NCBI GenBank assembly: GCA_000934665.2 | Contig: JYFJ02001287.1 | Coordinates: 1-64,000 of the forward strand | From: Catajapyx aquilonaris | Taxonomy: Eukaryota | Reading direction: 5' to 3' | Length of the DNA stretch: 64,000 bases | Shown here: in pieces, positions 1 to 11,200 of the stretch | Numbering within the stretch: the stretch's first letter is position 1 | Layout: every line of letters starts with the position of its first letter | Notes under the pieces: generated by a model | Database searches by the model: none | Told to the model about the DNA's origin: nothing | What the model saw: the letters and a program-made list of their open reading frames with translations, nothing else | Translations under genes and position numbers: made by a program

Positions 1-564
1 GCGACATAGCGAAATGAAACAACCGCTAGTATGCGGTTGGGTGGCCATAAGCTCGTCTGACGACCTCGCCGCGAGGTAGAGAAAATTTCGGTAAGGGTGG
101 CCTCAGGATCAAGCTTCGACACTACACGATGTTACTCACTAGATTCGTCATGCCTGGTCCCTCAAATGACAACGCAAGCAATTTTTTGCAGATTCTTGCA
201 AAAACGTGAAAAAACTGTCTGTCTTATTAACGATGCAAGAAATCATTGTCACATTTGAACTTCTGCATTTAATAGCATACACATAGGACATCCTGGGGCC
301 TATTTCATAAATGTGAAATGTTCTACATTTCATTCGTAATAATAATTGACTGGTTTCATAAAACTATGAGTGACAAGTGGATGAGAAACCAGGAATACAA
401 GCACATAAAAGCAGGTGATGGGGCTCTTCTACACCAAATTCTGTACACTAATTATGGCTACAGAAACTACAATCATTTACTATACTGTATATAATATGTA
501 CTACATGTGCAGACTTATGGAATACTTAACTGTTAATAAGATATTAATGTCAAACTTGTCTTAC

Positions 565-3500
565 CTAGAATTCGTTGCTGCTCAGTTATGTTGGTGATTC
601 CCTTGACACTCATACCACTGATCAGCACCACAAGGATGGCCCAGTGAACTTCCTTCATGCGGATGAAACTGAAGTACTGCCAAGTAATGGTACAGTGTGA
701 ATTCTTATAAATTATGGGCAAGTTGCTATTACAAATAGTGGAGGGCCAGAGCTTAGCGAAACAAAGATAGTCATGGGTCAATGCTTCTTTGCACATACCT
801 TTCTGGAAGTAAGTAGAGCTGCAACTGCACACATGTGTGGGGTCAGAAGCAGTTTTAGCCTCATGACAAGAATGGCCATCACAGCAAAGGCAGCCAGTTG
901 CATCAGGACATACGCAACTGCAGGGTCCCACCTCCCTGCCCTTCTCCGTTTTCCTCCTCCACTGCTTCCTCCTTCTCCATCCCCTGTCCCTCCTCCCCAA
1001 AACCACCCCACCCATCCCCATCCCCAACCTCCACTCTGGAGCACAACAGCTACTACCACTGCCACCACACAAGGCAGGAGGAGGGTGGCACTCAGCTTGT
1101 ACACGGTATCACGGCTCATAACATCGTACTCAGGAGCACAGGTGTACATCAATGTGTGGAAGTCTCGGTAGCTGCTGAGCTTAGATCGCAGCAGGTTGAA
1201 CACATGGGCCTGGAAGATGCATACAATAACTTGTTAGTGTCATAATATGGGCACACAAGAGAGGTGTGGTGGCCGAGTTGGTAACGAACTCGGCTTGCTG
1301 AGCAGAAGGTCCCGGGTTCAATCCCCACCGGGGAGTTCCCTTTCGCTTGCATCAGGAGGGCCTCTAACCCACGCCTTGGAGGCGTCAGGCAACCTAACCT
1401 CCAGGGAGACTGCACATGACCCAGATCCAGACATTTCACTAGCATCTGTGTCTCCTCCCCAAAAAATCCCCATCCCTACCCCATGTCCTTTCTTCCCTGC
1501 ACGGAATTGAAGAAAATTACAAGAAAAATTGAAAATATGGTGGTGTTCCACCCCCCCTCGAAGAGCGCTGACCTCTCCATGGGGTAAATAAATACAACAT
1601 TTTTAAAAAATGGTCACAAATTTTTATAATTCCATTTGCTTTTTGTTGACACATTACAGAATGTCTAGTACTACTTATGAGAAAGAGAATCCAGGGTAAA
1701 AGTTCAGTTAACTCAAACACTTCAGAGATCAGGCATTTTGGCCTGGTTAAAAACTATGCCCACTGAGTTAGCTGACCTCCCATGATTTCTGGGAAGTGGG
1801 ATTTGCTCATTCAAGTGCCCAGGATCATGGCTTAAATTGCCAATCTCTAATCAGTCCACTCACATCATCTTTAATTCCAACCCATTTGGTGAGGCACAGC
1901 TTGATTGTGACTGCAGTAGCCAGGACCATGGCAAGCTCAATGAGTCGCCGTCTCAGACCAAGGAGTGAACCAACAGCTGAATCACAGAGGCCCATCACCA
2001 GCAGGCCTGCCACCACCAGGCAGCTCAGGTATGAGCTTAAAAGCATTTCGTTGCCAAAGAGGAGCAAGACACTCTGTTGCACAGATAGCTGTTCCATGTA
2101 TAAAAGAATTAATTCATTAATTAATAATAACAATGACAATAACAGGGAGTAAAATGAAAATATTAAATAATTTTTAAATGAAGGAGGAAATCACATAAAT
2201 TATCCCACTTTACACTGGTTGACTTGATTCCTAAGGGTATACTGGCCCCCCAGGTCACATTTACTTTATACTGGCATGCTTCTCTATGCTCAAATGTTTG
2301 GAAACAAGTTTTGCCATTGCAACAGTAAAAAATAATACCCACCGTCTGTGCAAACAGGATGGACAACAGGACAACCTTCTTGATAATCCCCAATGTGTAC
2401 AGTGCAAAAACCACCACCAGCTGAGTCAGGAGTATAAATTGTGAAAACTGCCATGGCAGCAGGAAGAGCGTTGTGAACAGATTCAGTACCAGACACTGCA
2501 AGGGAAAAGTTCGAAATTTAACACAAAATCATTCCAATACACCTTGAGGTATGGATTTACCTGCTTTAAAGACAATTTGGATTGACGTAAGCAGTAGCAG
2601 AGGCAGATCATTTGCGCCACACAGAAAGGGTAAGCAAAGCTTTCCCTGAGGGTTGGAGCCCACTGCACTCGTGTACTCTGCAATTCAATTAGGTCGGAGA
2701 ATTTTGAAAAACAATTCACTAAAAACAAATTCAATGCAGTAAACAGCACTGACACTGGCCAAACTTAGAAGCCTGAGATTGATTGAAAACCTGCATTATA
2801 AAATTTATTTTCCAAATTACTTTAACATGTTCTCTAGTTACACACCTAGTCCAGAAATAAAATAATTAACATCCCATATGGGTGTATTATTTTATATCAC
2901 TTTGTATCAATTATTTATCATGGGTCAGTGTGGCCTTGTGTTTACCACTGCTCAGCAAAGGAATCAGTTAAATATCTCAAGTGAGAGCCTTGGGCACTTG
3001 ATCTTTGTTTTACATAAATGTACTCAGGCAGAGGGTCAAAGAACAGTTTCACCAAAATATTCCGTAAACATTTTAACAAAATACCAAATCCTACTAGACC
3101 ATTATGGCATTATAATAACACTAGGTGAATAAAAGTGTTCTCACCTCACCATGATTGTAGAAAAAACACATCACTGATATCACACCACCAACCAAGGAAT
3201 CACTGAAAAAAAAAAAAAAATCAAAATGTAAAAAAATGTGAGGAAACTGTGACCATCAAATGAAATTCTCACCTGAGAAAAAATCCAAAAATGAAGAGGC
3301 AGGTTACAGAAAGGCCTGCACAAATCCAGACCCCAGTGAGGTAAAAATAAGTAGGGTCACCCAATCCTTCACAGCTCCAAACAGGACTGAGTCCATTGCC
3401 CCTTTCCACTTGCCAGCACACTTTAGTTGGAATGCCAAGGTAGCCCATCATTGACTCGTATAACCTGTAGCAGGCACCCAACGTCACCTGTAATAGAAAT

Positions 3501-4498
3501 GATGAAACCACGTGACAATCTTGTAACAATTCTATTTGTCCAATTCTCACCTCTGGGTAGAGATTGAACCTCTTGAGGGTGTTTATTGTGGATGGATGCT
3601 CAGTCGTATTGTCGAACACAAGGTTTAGAAGCCCGTCTATAAATGTCGGGGCTTCTATAAGAGTTTTGTAGTAGGAGTAGTAAAGGCCCTAAAAGGAAGT
3701 GCCATTCAAAATAGTAAGATACACGAGTACCTCATTTTTCCTGGATACAGTTACGCTTGTCATGCCCTGTGCACTATGACATACAAACTGTGTGATCTAT
3801 ACAAAGTTAATCATGACTTAGCAAGTACAGCCAATTTGTGCACTCCTTTAAATTTTTCCTTTGAATTTTTGCGAGGCAAGGCATATTTTTAAAGGTGAAT
3901 CCGTTAAAATTATCTAATCTCAACTGCCTCTCATGGTGAAGTATTGGGTAACTAATATTACAGCAAAAATTTGTGCAAGCGACGAACACCTGTTTTATTT
4001 GAGCTAAAGTTACCCACCATTTCTGACCTAAACGTCATCTCCCTCTCCAGGTTGGACAGGTGTGAAAAGTGCCTGTCATTCTCAAACATGGTGGACACAT
4101 GGAAGCTGTTGAAACACCCACATCCCAATGCTGGAAACAATAATGAGAAAACATCAACGACGCATGCCATCACCTGCAATAGATCTACTACTGTATGTAT
4201 CATATTATCTTATGGATATTCTGTACAACTATTTTCCATTCCTCGAGGGGGTTGACATCCTTTGTAAAACCCATCACCCACCGATGAAGATGACTGCTGC
4301 CCTGTAGGAGTATGACCCTTTGCTGTCTCTCCTGCTGAGCTGCAGCTGGACGGCCTTCTTCTCCCTCCTGCCTGGAGCCTGGCTGTTCCCTGCCTGCTCG
4401 TCCTTCCCCTGGCAGGAGGCTGCTGAATCGGCCTTGTTTCCGCCCCTGCAGCTGCCGCCGGCCGAGGAGGAAGAGCCCGGCCTGTCCTTTGCCGCCAT
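565..4498 (-). CDS. DPY19: DPY19-family protein C-mannosyltransferase, 5' portion (3' exons lie left of the window)
   Basis: Hand-spliced GT-AG exons (minus strand): 4498-4282, 4130-4018, 3688-3551, 3487-3273, 3202-3145, 2677-2561, 2495-2343, 2088-1864, 1209-799, 676-565. They join in frame and give family motifs [95 protein letters not shown] and [12 protein letters not shown]. The start ATG at 4498 is inferred. Confidence 0.93.
1262..1440 (+). mobile_element. tRNA-derived SINE-like element (tRNA-like head plus unrelated body) in a DPY19 intron
   Basis: Pol III A-box TGGCCGAGTTGG (~1270) and B-box GGTTCAATCC (~1315) at tRNA spacing. The acceptor and anticodon arms are imperfect, so this is not a canonical tRNA. 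The 3' boundary is uncertain. Confidence 0.55.
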
Positions 4499-4661
4499 CT
4501 TGGGCAGGGGGCTGGGGTGCAGGGGAGGGGAGGGGAAAGAGGGGAGCTCGATACGGTAAGGAGACTGTTGCCAACAGATACCGTAAACATACTGGTTGCG
4601 TGGAGGGTTGCCTGCACTCCAGGATGACCTTAATTGTGACCACATGCTGGTGACGGTTAGT

Positions 4662-4715
<54 letters not shown>
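4662..4715. repeat. (TAC)n microsatellite, ~18 units
   Basis: Pure tandem TAC run just upstream of the DPY19 start codon. Confidence 0.97.
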
Positions 4716-4749
4716 CCTCGAGTGCCCATCTATAATATTAAAATGCTTG

Positions 4750-5090
4750 CGGAGCGCGGCCGAGCCCTCTGATTGGTCCGCCCCCGTATTGTTGCCGCCA
4801 CCTCTTCCCATTGGCCCCCGTCCATTGTTGCTGCGACGTGTCCATGACGCATTGTTACCATGATGCCTCCGATTGGCCCCCGTTCCGAGCATGCGCAGTG
4901 GGGGTTGAACACGTCCAGTTGCATGTTGACCTCCTTGGGCGAAGGTCGCTTTTTTTCGTCTCTCCCGCCGGACCTTTTACCCTTCTCCTCCCACCCTACC
5001 TGTGCCCCCCTCGCCGCGGGGCCCTGGTGGCTCATGTCAAGTATACCCAGGACATTCGCCGAATCAATTTGTTCGTAACCTAGCAACTTA
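4750..5090. promoter_or_regulatory. GC/CpG-rich promoter region of DPY19 with several CCAAT (ATTGG) boxes and an RFX X-box-like site
   Basis: ATTGG at ~4772, ~4810 and ~4871 in GC-rich, CpG-rich sequence upstream of the ATG. GTAACCTAGCAAC at 5075-5087 fits the RFX X-box pattern. Confidence 0.5.
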
Positions 5091-5907
5091 CGATTCGACC
5101 TGACCCATGACAATGACACCATCTGTATTCTGGTGAGGCTTGAGGAATTAATTCCGGGGTCCCTGCGGTTTGGTCCCTGGTCACTTCCCCGACTTCAAAC
5201 CCAGAAGCAAAACAACGAATCAAACGGTCGGCAAGCAGCAGGTACTGTTTCCTAATTGATTCGGCGAATGTTTCGTATACTTGACTTCAGCCGCGCACTG
5301 GCTTATTGAAAAATAGCCTTATGCACTGGTGGAGAAATGTACATACACATACACAACATCACGGCTTAATCCCAGACATGGGGTAGCCAGCGACGAAATG
5401 TAAGTTCCAAATTCGAAACGTTAGCATTATTGGTCGGACTGCTCTGTTACTGCGCACGTAGGCCTACCACATGCGGTGCTTTCACAGCTGGGAAGTGCAG
5501 TACACTGTCTTCGAGGCACTTCTTTCGGTGTAGTGTCGGAAACTGACTATACCGTCGAATACGTAGAATCGATCGTAAGAAGGCGGGTTGCAAACCTCCC
5601 ACGCTCGAATTATTAGCCTGGAATGTATATATTGTTGTTTTTTCCAGTTGTGCCAACTGGCAGGTCGTTTATACAGTTACTAAAGGTTATTGAGTTGGCA
5701 CAACTGACAACCAACATTTGGCAGGTTTTTGGGCCGTTTCTTTCCTTCTTTTCGTTCAAAATTCGATGTAGGAGTGATATTAATGAATAACAACTTTGCG
5801 CCNGGGGGGGGAAATCATCTACAGCCGGGTGGCCCGGAAATATACTTTTTAGAATCATCCGGCTCTCAGAAAGTCGATAGGCCTAACAGTTTACTCAGTC
5901 ACTATAC

Positions 5908-6136
5908 CAGTGGTTTCCAACCAGGGGGTCGCCGGCAGGGTCGGGGGTGGTCGGGAGCCTTTGTTCATTTTTTTTGTTTTTGCAATTTGTGTAACTTGAA
6001 CCATTTTTGCGGCCGTACAGAGTGTATGTTTTCTGGAAATGGGTCAGTTGTAGCAGGGGCCGGGTGGTGGGTGAGGGTCGCACATTTATGGAAACATGTT
6101 TAAGGGGTCGCAGTTGGTAAAAGGTTGGAAACCACT
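5908..6136. mobile_element. Non-autonomous hAT (Buster/Charlie-like) MITE, ~230 bp
   Basis: TIRs (C)AGTGGTTTCCAACC at 5908-5922 and GGTTGGAAACCACT at 6123-6136, with subterminal GGGGTCGC repeats. The 8-mer CACTATAC (NNNTANNN) lies left of the element (5900-5907) and recurs overlapping the right TIR. Confidence 0.75.
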
Positions 6137-6570
6137 ATACATTGTTCTTATGGTTACATAATATTACCACAACACTGTAGGCTACTATGATAAACTTCCA
6201 AGGGTCCAGACTTTACGGGCCACCCTGTGCTGAGGGAATATGCTTACATAAACGGTCACGTGGGAGCAACGTGACCTTGGCATACACGACTCAACATGAC
6301 GGGAACAGGGGAGGGGGAATCTGGAGCTGCTATGGTGGTTGAGTCACCATCCCAGAGATGGCAGGAGCATATTGAACCGGGTTTGGCACCGCAAAGGTCT
6401 CCTTCTCTATGCACATCCTCGCGCGCCAAATTCAAAAGCCCTCAGGACATCATAATAATTATGACGTCAAAGGTTTAATATAAGGAGGGGGGGAGGCAGG
6501 CGGGAGAGAGGTCGGGGGGAGGGGAGTATGATGCGGATAATTGTTGGATGAGCATCATTAAGAACATGAC

Positions 6571-6676
6571 CTACACCGCAGGCCGCAGGCCTAGAAAAGA
6601 GAGAGCGAAGCGAGTGGTTTTCTTGGCCTGCGCCCTAGGAAAATACGAGCGGAGCGAGGGTTTTCCTAGTGTGTAG
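6571..6676. repeat. Hairpin-rich element with two similar stem-loops and CTACAC...GTGTAG ends; probable transposon-derived fragment
   Basis: CTAGAAAA..GAGCGAAGCGAG..TTTTCTTG followed by CTAGGAAAA..CGAGCGGAGCGAG..TTTTCCTAG, bounded by a 6-bp inverted repeat. Confidence 0.45.
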
Positions 6677-9600
6677 TATGATATGATAATATGTCTCTCA
6701 TAGATGGCGCGTCCTTTCTCTGCATACTCCTGCCACTCATGGTCGATCGAGGGTACTACTAGCTCGGACAAACATCAGACGGAAAGAAGTCAAGTAGTAA
6801 GATGCTTGGAGAGGTTATTTAATTTAGTAATGATTTATTAAATTGAAACTTTTGAATATTGATGCCCCAGCAGCAATCATGTATTCAGCAAAGAGTTCAC
6901 AGAATGCAACGTTTACTTTCCCATGCAATCCGTTTCCATTCGAAATCTCGCAGTTAAACTGAAAATAACGGGGTTTGTGATTCAGTACAGTAGATTTCAA
7001 CGACTAGGCCACAGTTTGTCGACATGCAAGCCAGTGCGTGATGCCTCTTTACTTGAATACGACGCAGATGTTTACTGTAATGCTATAGCGTGAGTATGCT
7101 TGAAATCTAATCGCCTGCGTATAAGTAGCTTTCGGTTATCTGGCTCGTCAGCAAACTCGTTCATCAATCATTTTCAATAAAACGTTTATATGGCAGACAG
7201 ACATGGCTGAGAGAGAGATTACAATTACCTGAGGTTGGATAGCATGACTATATAGGTGCGACATGTGAGTACAGCTCGCATTGTGCGATGCGATACTATT
7301 ACTTTCCTCAACTGAACCATCTCACTGGCCATGAAGGAATTATTTCAGTTATTTCTTTTTGGAGAGTTTTATTTACATTTGTAGAGGAAAATTATTACCC
7401 AGTACCCTACCTATAAAGAATGTTTGTTGGAAGATCTGAATAATATTTAAGCGAAGAGACATCATCCTATCATCTGCGGTCATCTACCATCGGAATTACT
7501 TGCAAAATTTGATGTGAATGGTATGGGCACAAATACAGGAGATGCGTAGTTTCATGGGGCAGCGACTCAAACCTCACTTAACAAGAACTGGCAGGTTTGC
7601 ATGGATGGGCACCCAACATCCTCCTAGTTTGTCAGACTCGTCTCACTTGATGAAACCCACTGGAGCTCAGAGATGCATTGGCTGTGGACTGAGGTCAATG
7701 AGCAAAGTGTATTAGAATATCAGCCTACGTCTTATCCCTACACATATAAGAGCAGTAGGCCTATATACTTGTACGCTGGTCATATTTTCGTTCACTTTAT
7801 TGAATACGGAGGTTGATACAAAATACGGCATTATTTTGGTAACTGCATGCAAAATATATTCATTTCCCACCACAACAAACCTTTTCATTTGGCTAAATAC
7901 TGTATAGTAAGTTATGTAGCGTTTTTCTAGATTTCGGGTCCTTTTACTTATAGAACTTTTTGCCCGATGTTGTAATTTTTGTGTAGATGAGCTAAACAAA
8001 AATAACTACCCAAACAAACACTTGCAACACACTATCTGTTTTTCCTGTAACTGTTCGATAAAGCAACGGAAGTGTGTAGCCTTATATTTACAATAATATT
8101 GCTTTGGCTTTATCTGCCAAATGTCAGTTGTAACTGCTAATTAAAAGTACTCATTATTTTTAACCTTTGCATTGACCACCCGCGAGGTAGGACTAAATGT
8201 TCCGTGCAGCCCGATCGAAACATAGGTGTCGTTGAAAAATGCTTCCGCAACTTGAAGTTAGAGTCATTATCCATGTCCATTGTTCCAGAAAACACGTCTA
8301 TTATCATGACTGTGTGCTGACTCCGAACTTCAGACCTATTGATTCTAAGGGCAACTGAAGATCAACAAAGTGCCTAATAAGCAAATATAAAACCCAGAGA
8401 TAGACAGAAAAATACTACGCGACTAATCTGCGCTGAAAATAAACGAATAAAAAGTAAAAACCCATGCCCTGTCATTCCCCAGATAAATTATACGTTTTAA
8501 AATTATTATTATTATTGCAGGCTCCAATTCTAATATGTGTGAAGGATATGCGGCTGGGGATGTCGATGTGTAAAAATGATATTCCTCAAATAAAATTGTG
8601 TAAATGACTCTTCCAGGTCATGTACTGCACACTGTATATAAAGTGTATGATTTGTTTTGCATGAAAACGCTGACTCTGACGTCAAAGCTTTTCACTCAAC
8701 AAAAACCGCTCTATTAATGAAGTCAGATATGGTTAATTTATTACCACACAACCACGCAAGTCGTGTGCATTGGGCGTTATTAAATTCATTTTCATAAGTT
8801 TTTCCGATAAAGGTTTGACCATACAGCTTATTATTAAAAAGATACACACTACTGCACCTATACCTGGATGCGCACCATAAGTATTGAAAACCGATTATAT
8901 TTGGAATTTAAATGCGCTGTGTAAATTCACGGCCAGACAGATTCACAAACGGAGGAATGCACACGCTACAGAAGTTCTCCGCATGAAGAAACATTCCCAC
9001 TATACCACGCAATGACGTGTATTTTTGAGTGAAGGTCACAGAGAACCATGCCCTCAGTAAAGATATGCGGACGTGAAACATGCCTTTCATCAACATACTG
9101 TAGTAATATTCTTCACGAACAATATTCGTGCATATTTCAGGAGACGTCCAACTTGCGGATGGATTTTTTCAGTTATTGCATTTTGCTTTTGCTTTAAATG
9201 CAATATTATGGTAGAAACAGCAGTGTCGATTATTTTGTGTACAGCCCATGAGAGTGCAGAGGAGTATGTTGTATGGTCAGTGTATAGCAATATCGATTTG
9301 AGAGAACCTCCATTTTTCTGTCGCCATCCATTTCTCCATCCTTGCACAGCTACAGGGTATTTTGATGAAGGAAAAAAAAAGAGTAATGTTGGAGTCGGGT
9401 GTTGAAGTATCCTGCACACAGCCTGGGTCAAGAATGCTATTTTTACGAGATGGATCAATAAGCCGGGATATTTTTCCACTCAAAAAGGACATTAACCGAA
9501 ACACATATGCCCAGCAGTTTCCAATGTTTTAAATATAATCTCCGCCATTTTTATAGTTAAACTCATCCTGTAATATTTCATAGGCCTCCAGCACTAATCC

Positions 9601-11183
9601 AGACCACGCATTTTACAGACGTTCCCTATATGTTAGAGAATAACGCTAATATGTTTGGGTAGATGCTCTTCAACTCTATTTGCAGCCACGAGTTCTCTCA
9701 GCTCCGATCCAACTTCCTGAACAATTCTCCAGCCCAGCTAGTGACAAGCAAGCCAGCTTCAATTTTTTTTGTGGACGGTTCGACAAAATCCTGGGCTGGA
9801 GATTACTGGGCGATTACCAACTCACGCCCCATAAAAAGGCTCTTTGTTGGGCAGAACTCTTCCATTATGTCAACCAAGTCAGTCTGCAGTTGATCGTATA
9901 AGGTCGCACAGGGCACTGAGCTTTACGACTCGTGAAACTAGCACAAGTCACTGCTTCTCCTTACCATAAAAAACTAAAAAATGGCATAAATATGCTTTTA
10001 AAAATAAATCTGGTTTCAGTGGTCCTCACTTCTGATCCGTAGCCGACTGGAATATACGGTACTGTGAGTTTTAAAGTGCAATATTTTGTCCTGATTGCTT
10101 GAGGCCATTGGCATCCGCAGATTATAACATTGTGATGAGCTTTTAACAGGATTGCCGGACGTATAGAGGGGGAGGCTATTTGATAGACCGAGACTAAATT
10201 GATGGCGCCCATGTATTCAGAGAAGCAAAGAATTTCTAATGTGGCGACAAATAAATAAACAGGTTGGACATCATTACCTGAAATCCATATCAATTAGCAA
10301 TCACAATCGAATTATTTCGAAATATGAGCATTTGAAGTTGGAATATTACATTGTCTTGTTTCTATCAGTGACCTTCGTCGAGGACGGTTTTAATTCATTC
10401 CTCGAAAACACGAGTTTAATATTGGTATTGTGTGACGCGTTTCTGCTGATAGGAGTAAGAAAAGACGCCCGTCCTTTTGAGACACGTCTAATCGATTAAT
10501 TACCCCTAGAAATCTAAGACGCAGGTGCGATCCTGCGTCCTTGTTCGGTCCATCTCACTCGATAAAACTTACTATCTGTCAAAAAGAGTTGTTATTTGGC
10601 CAGACATGTCCTATGGCGCTACAAAACCATCAGCACTGGTGGTTTTTCCCCGTAGACTTTACCTTGGGCGAGTGTTGATGGTTGCGTCGCGCCAGGATAT
10701 GTGGCCAAAATCTCCTGAACACTGTACTTTATGGGATGTTTTCATTGGTGGATTGATTGATTCTGGCACAACAGCAGCAACGGCTATGCTGCGCCAAACA
10801 CATTGTCATGAGATGTTTTCAAACAATTCTCTATATGGAACTAGCATACAACTGATTTGGCCAATAATTTCGACCCAAATGTGACTTGCTCTTTCTGCTG
10901 TTTAAAACCCCCATGAACCGCAGAGACACATGCTATGCAGGCCAGAATTTTGATTGGCTTTTTTTTGTGATATCTGGTGTCGGGTGACAGGCATCACGCT
11001 TTGACGTGGGTGGTCAGACTGACACACATCGGCAGAATGGATGTGACACATGTAATGAGGAGGGCAAGTGATAAGACCCGGTACGAACTATACGCCTGGC
11101 AGTATACAGTACGGTGGTGTATTGAGCGAACGGTTGTATAGGTAGGTAGAGCTAGGGTTCGGGGTTTGTGGGTGGAAGGGTGG

Positions 11184-11200
11184 TGTGTGTGTGTGTGTGT
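11184..11200. repeat. (GT)n microsatellite
   Basis: Short GT dinucleotide run. Confidence 0.85.

Noticed and set aside
1262..1335. Functional tRNA gene
   Set aside because: A and B boxes are present, but there is no proper 7-nt anticodon loop or acceptor stem and no T-run terminator; better explained as a SINE head.
4200..4892. 230-aa ORF with poly-Val
   Set aside because: The poly-Val is the (TAC)n microsatellite read antisense, and the frame differs from the DPY19 exon-1 frame.
5795..5815. Ambiguous base N next to a G-run
   Set aside because: Sequencing/assembly ambiguity, not a biological feature; ORFs spanning it are unsupported.
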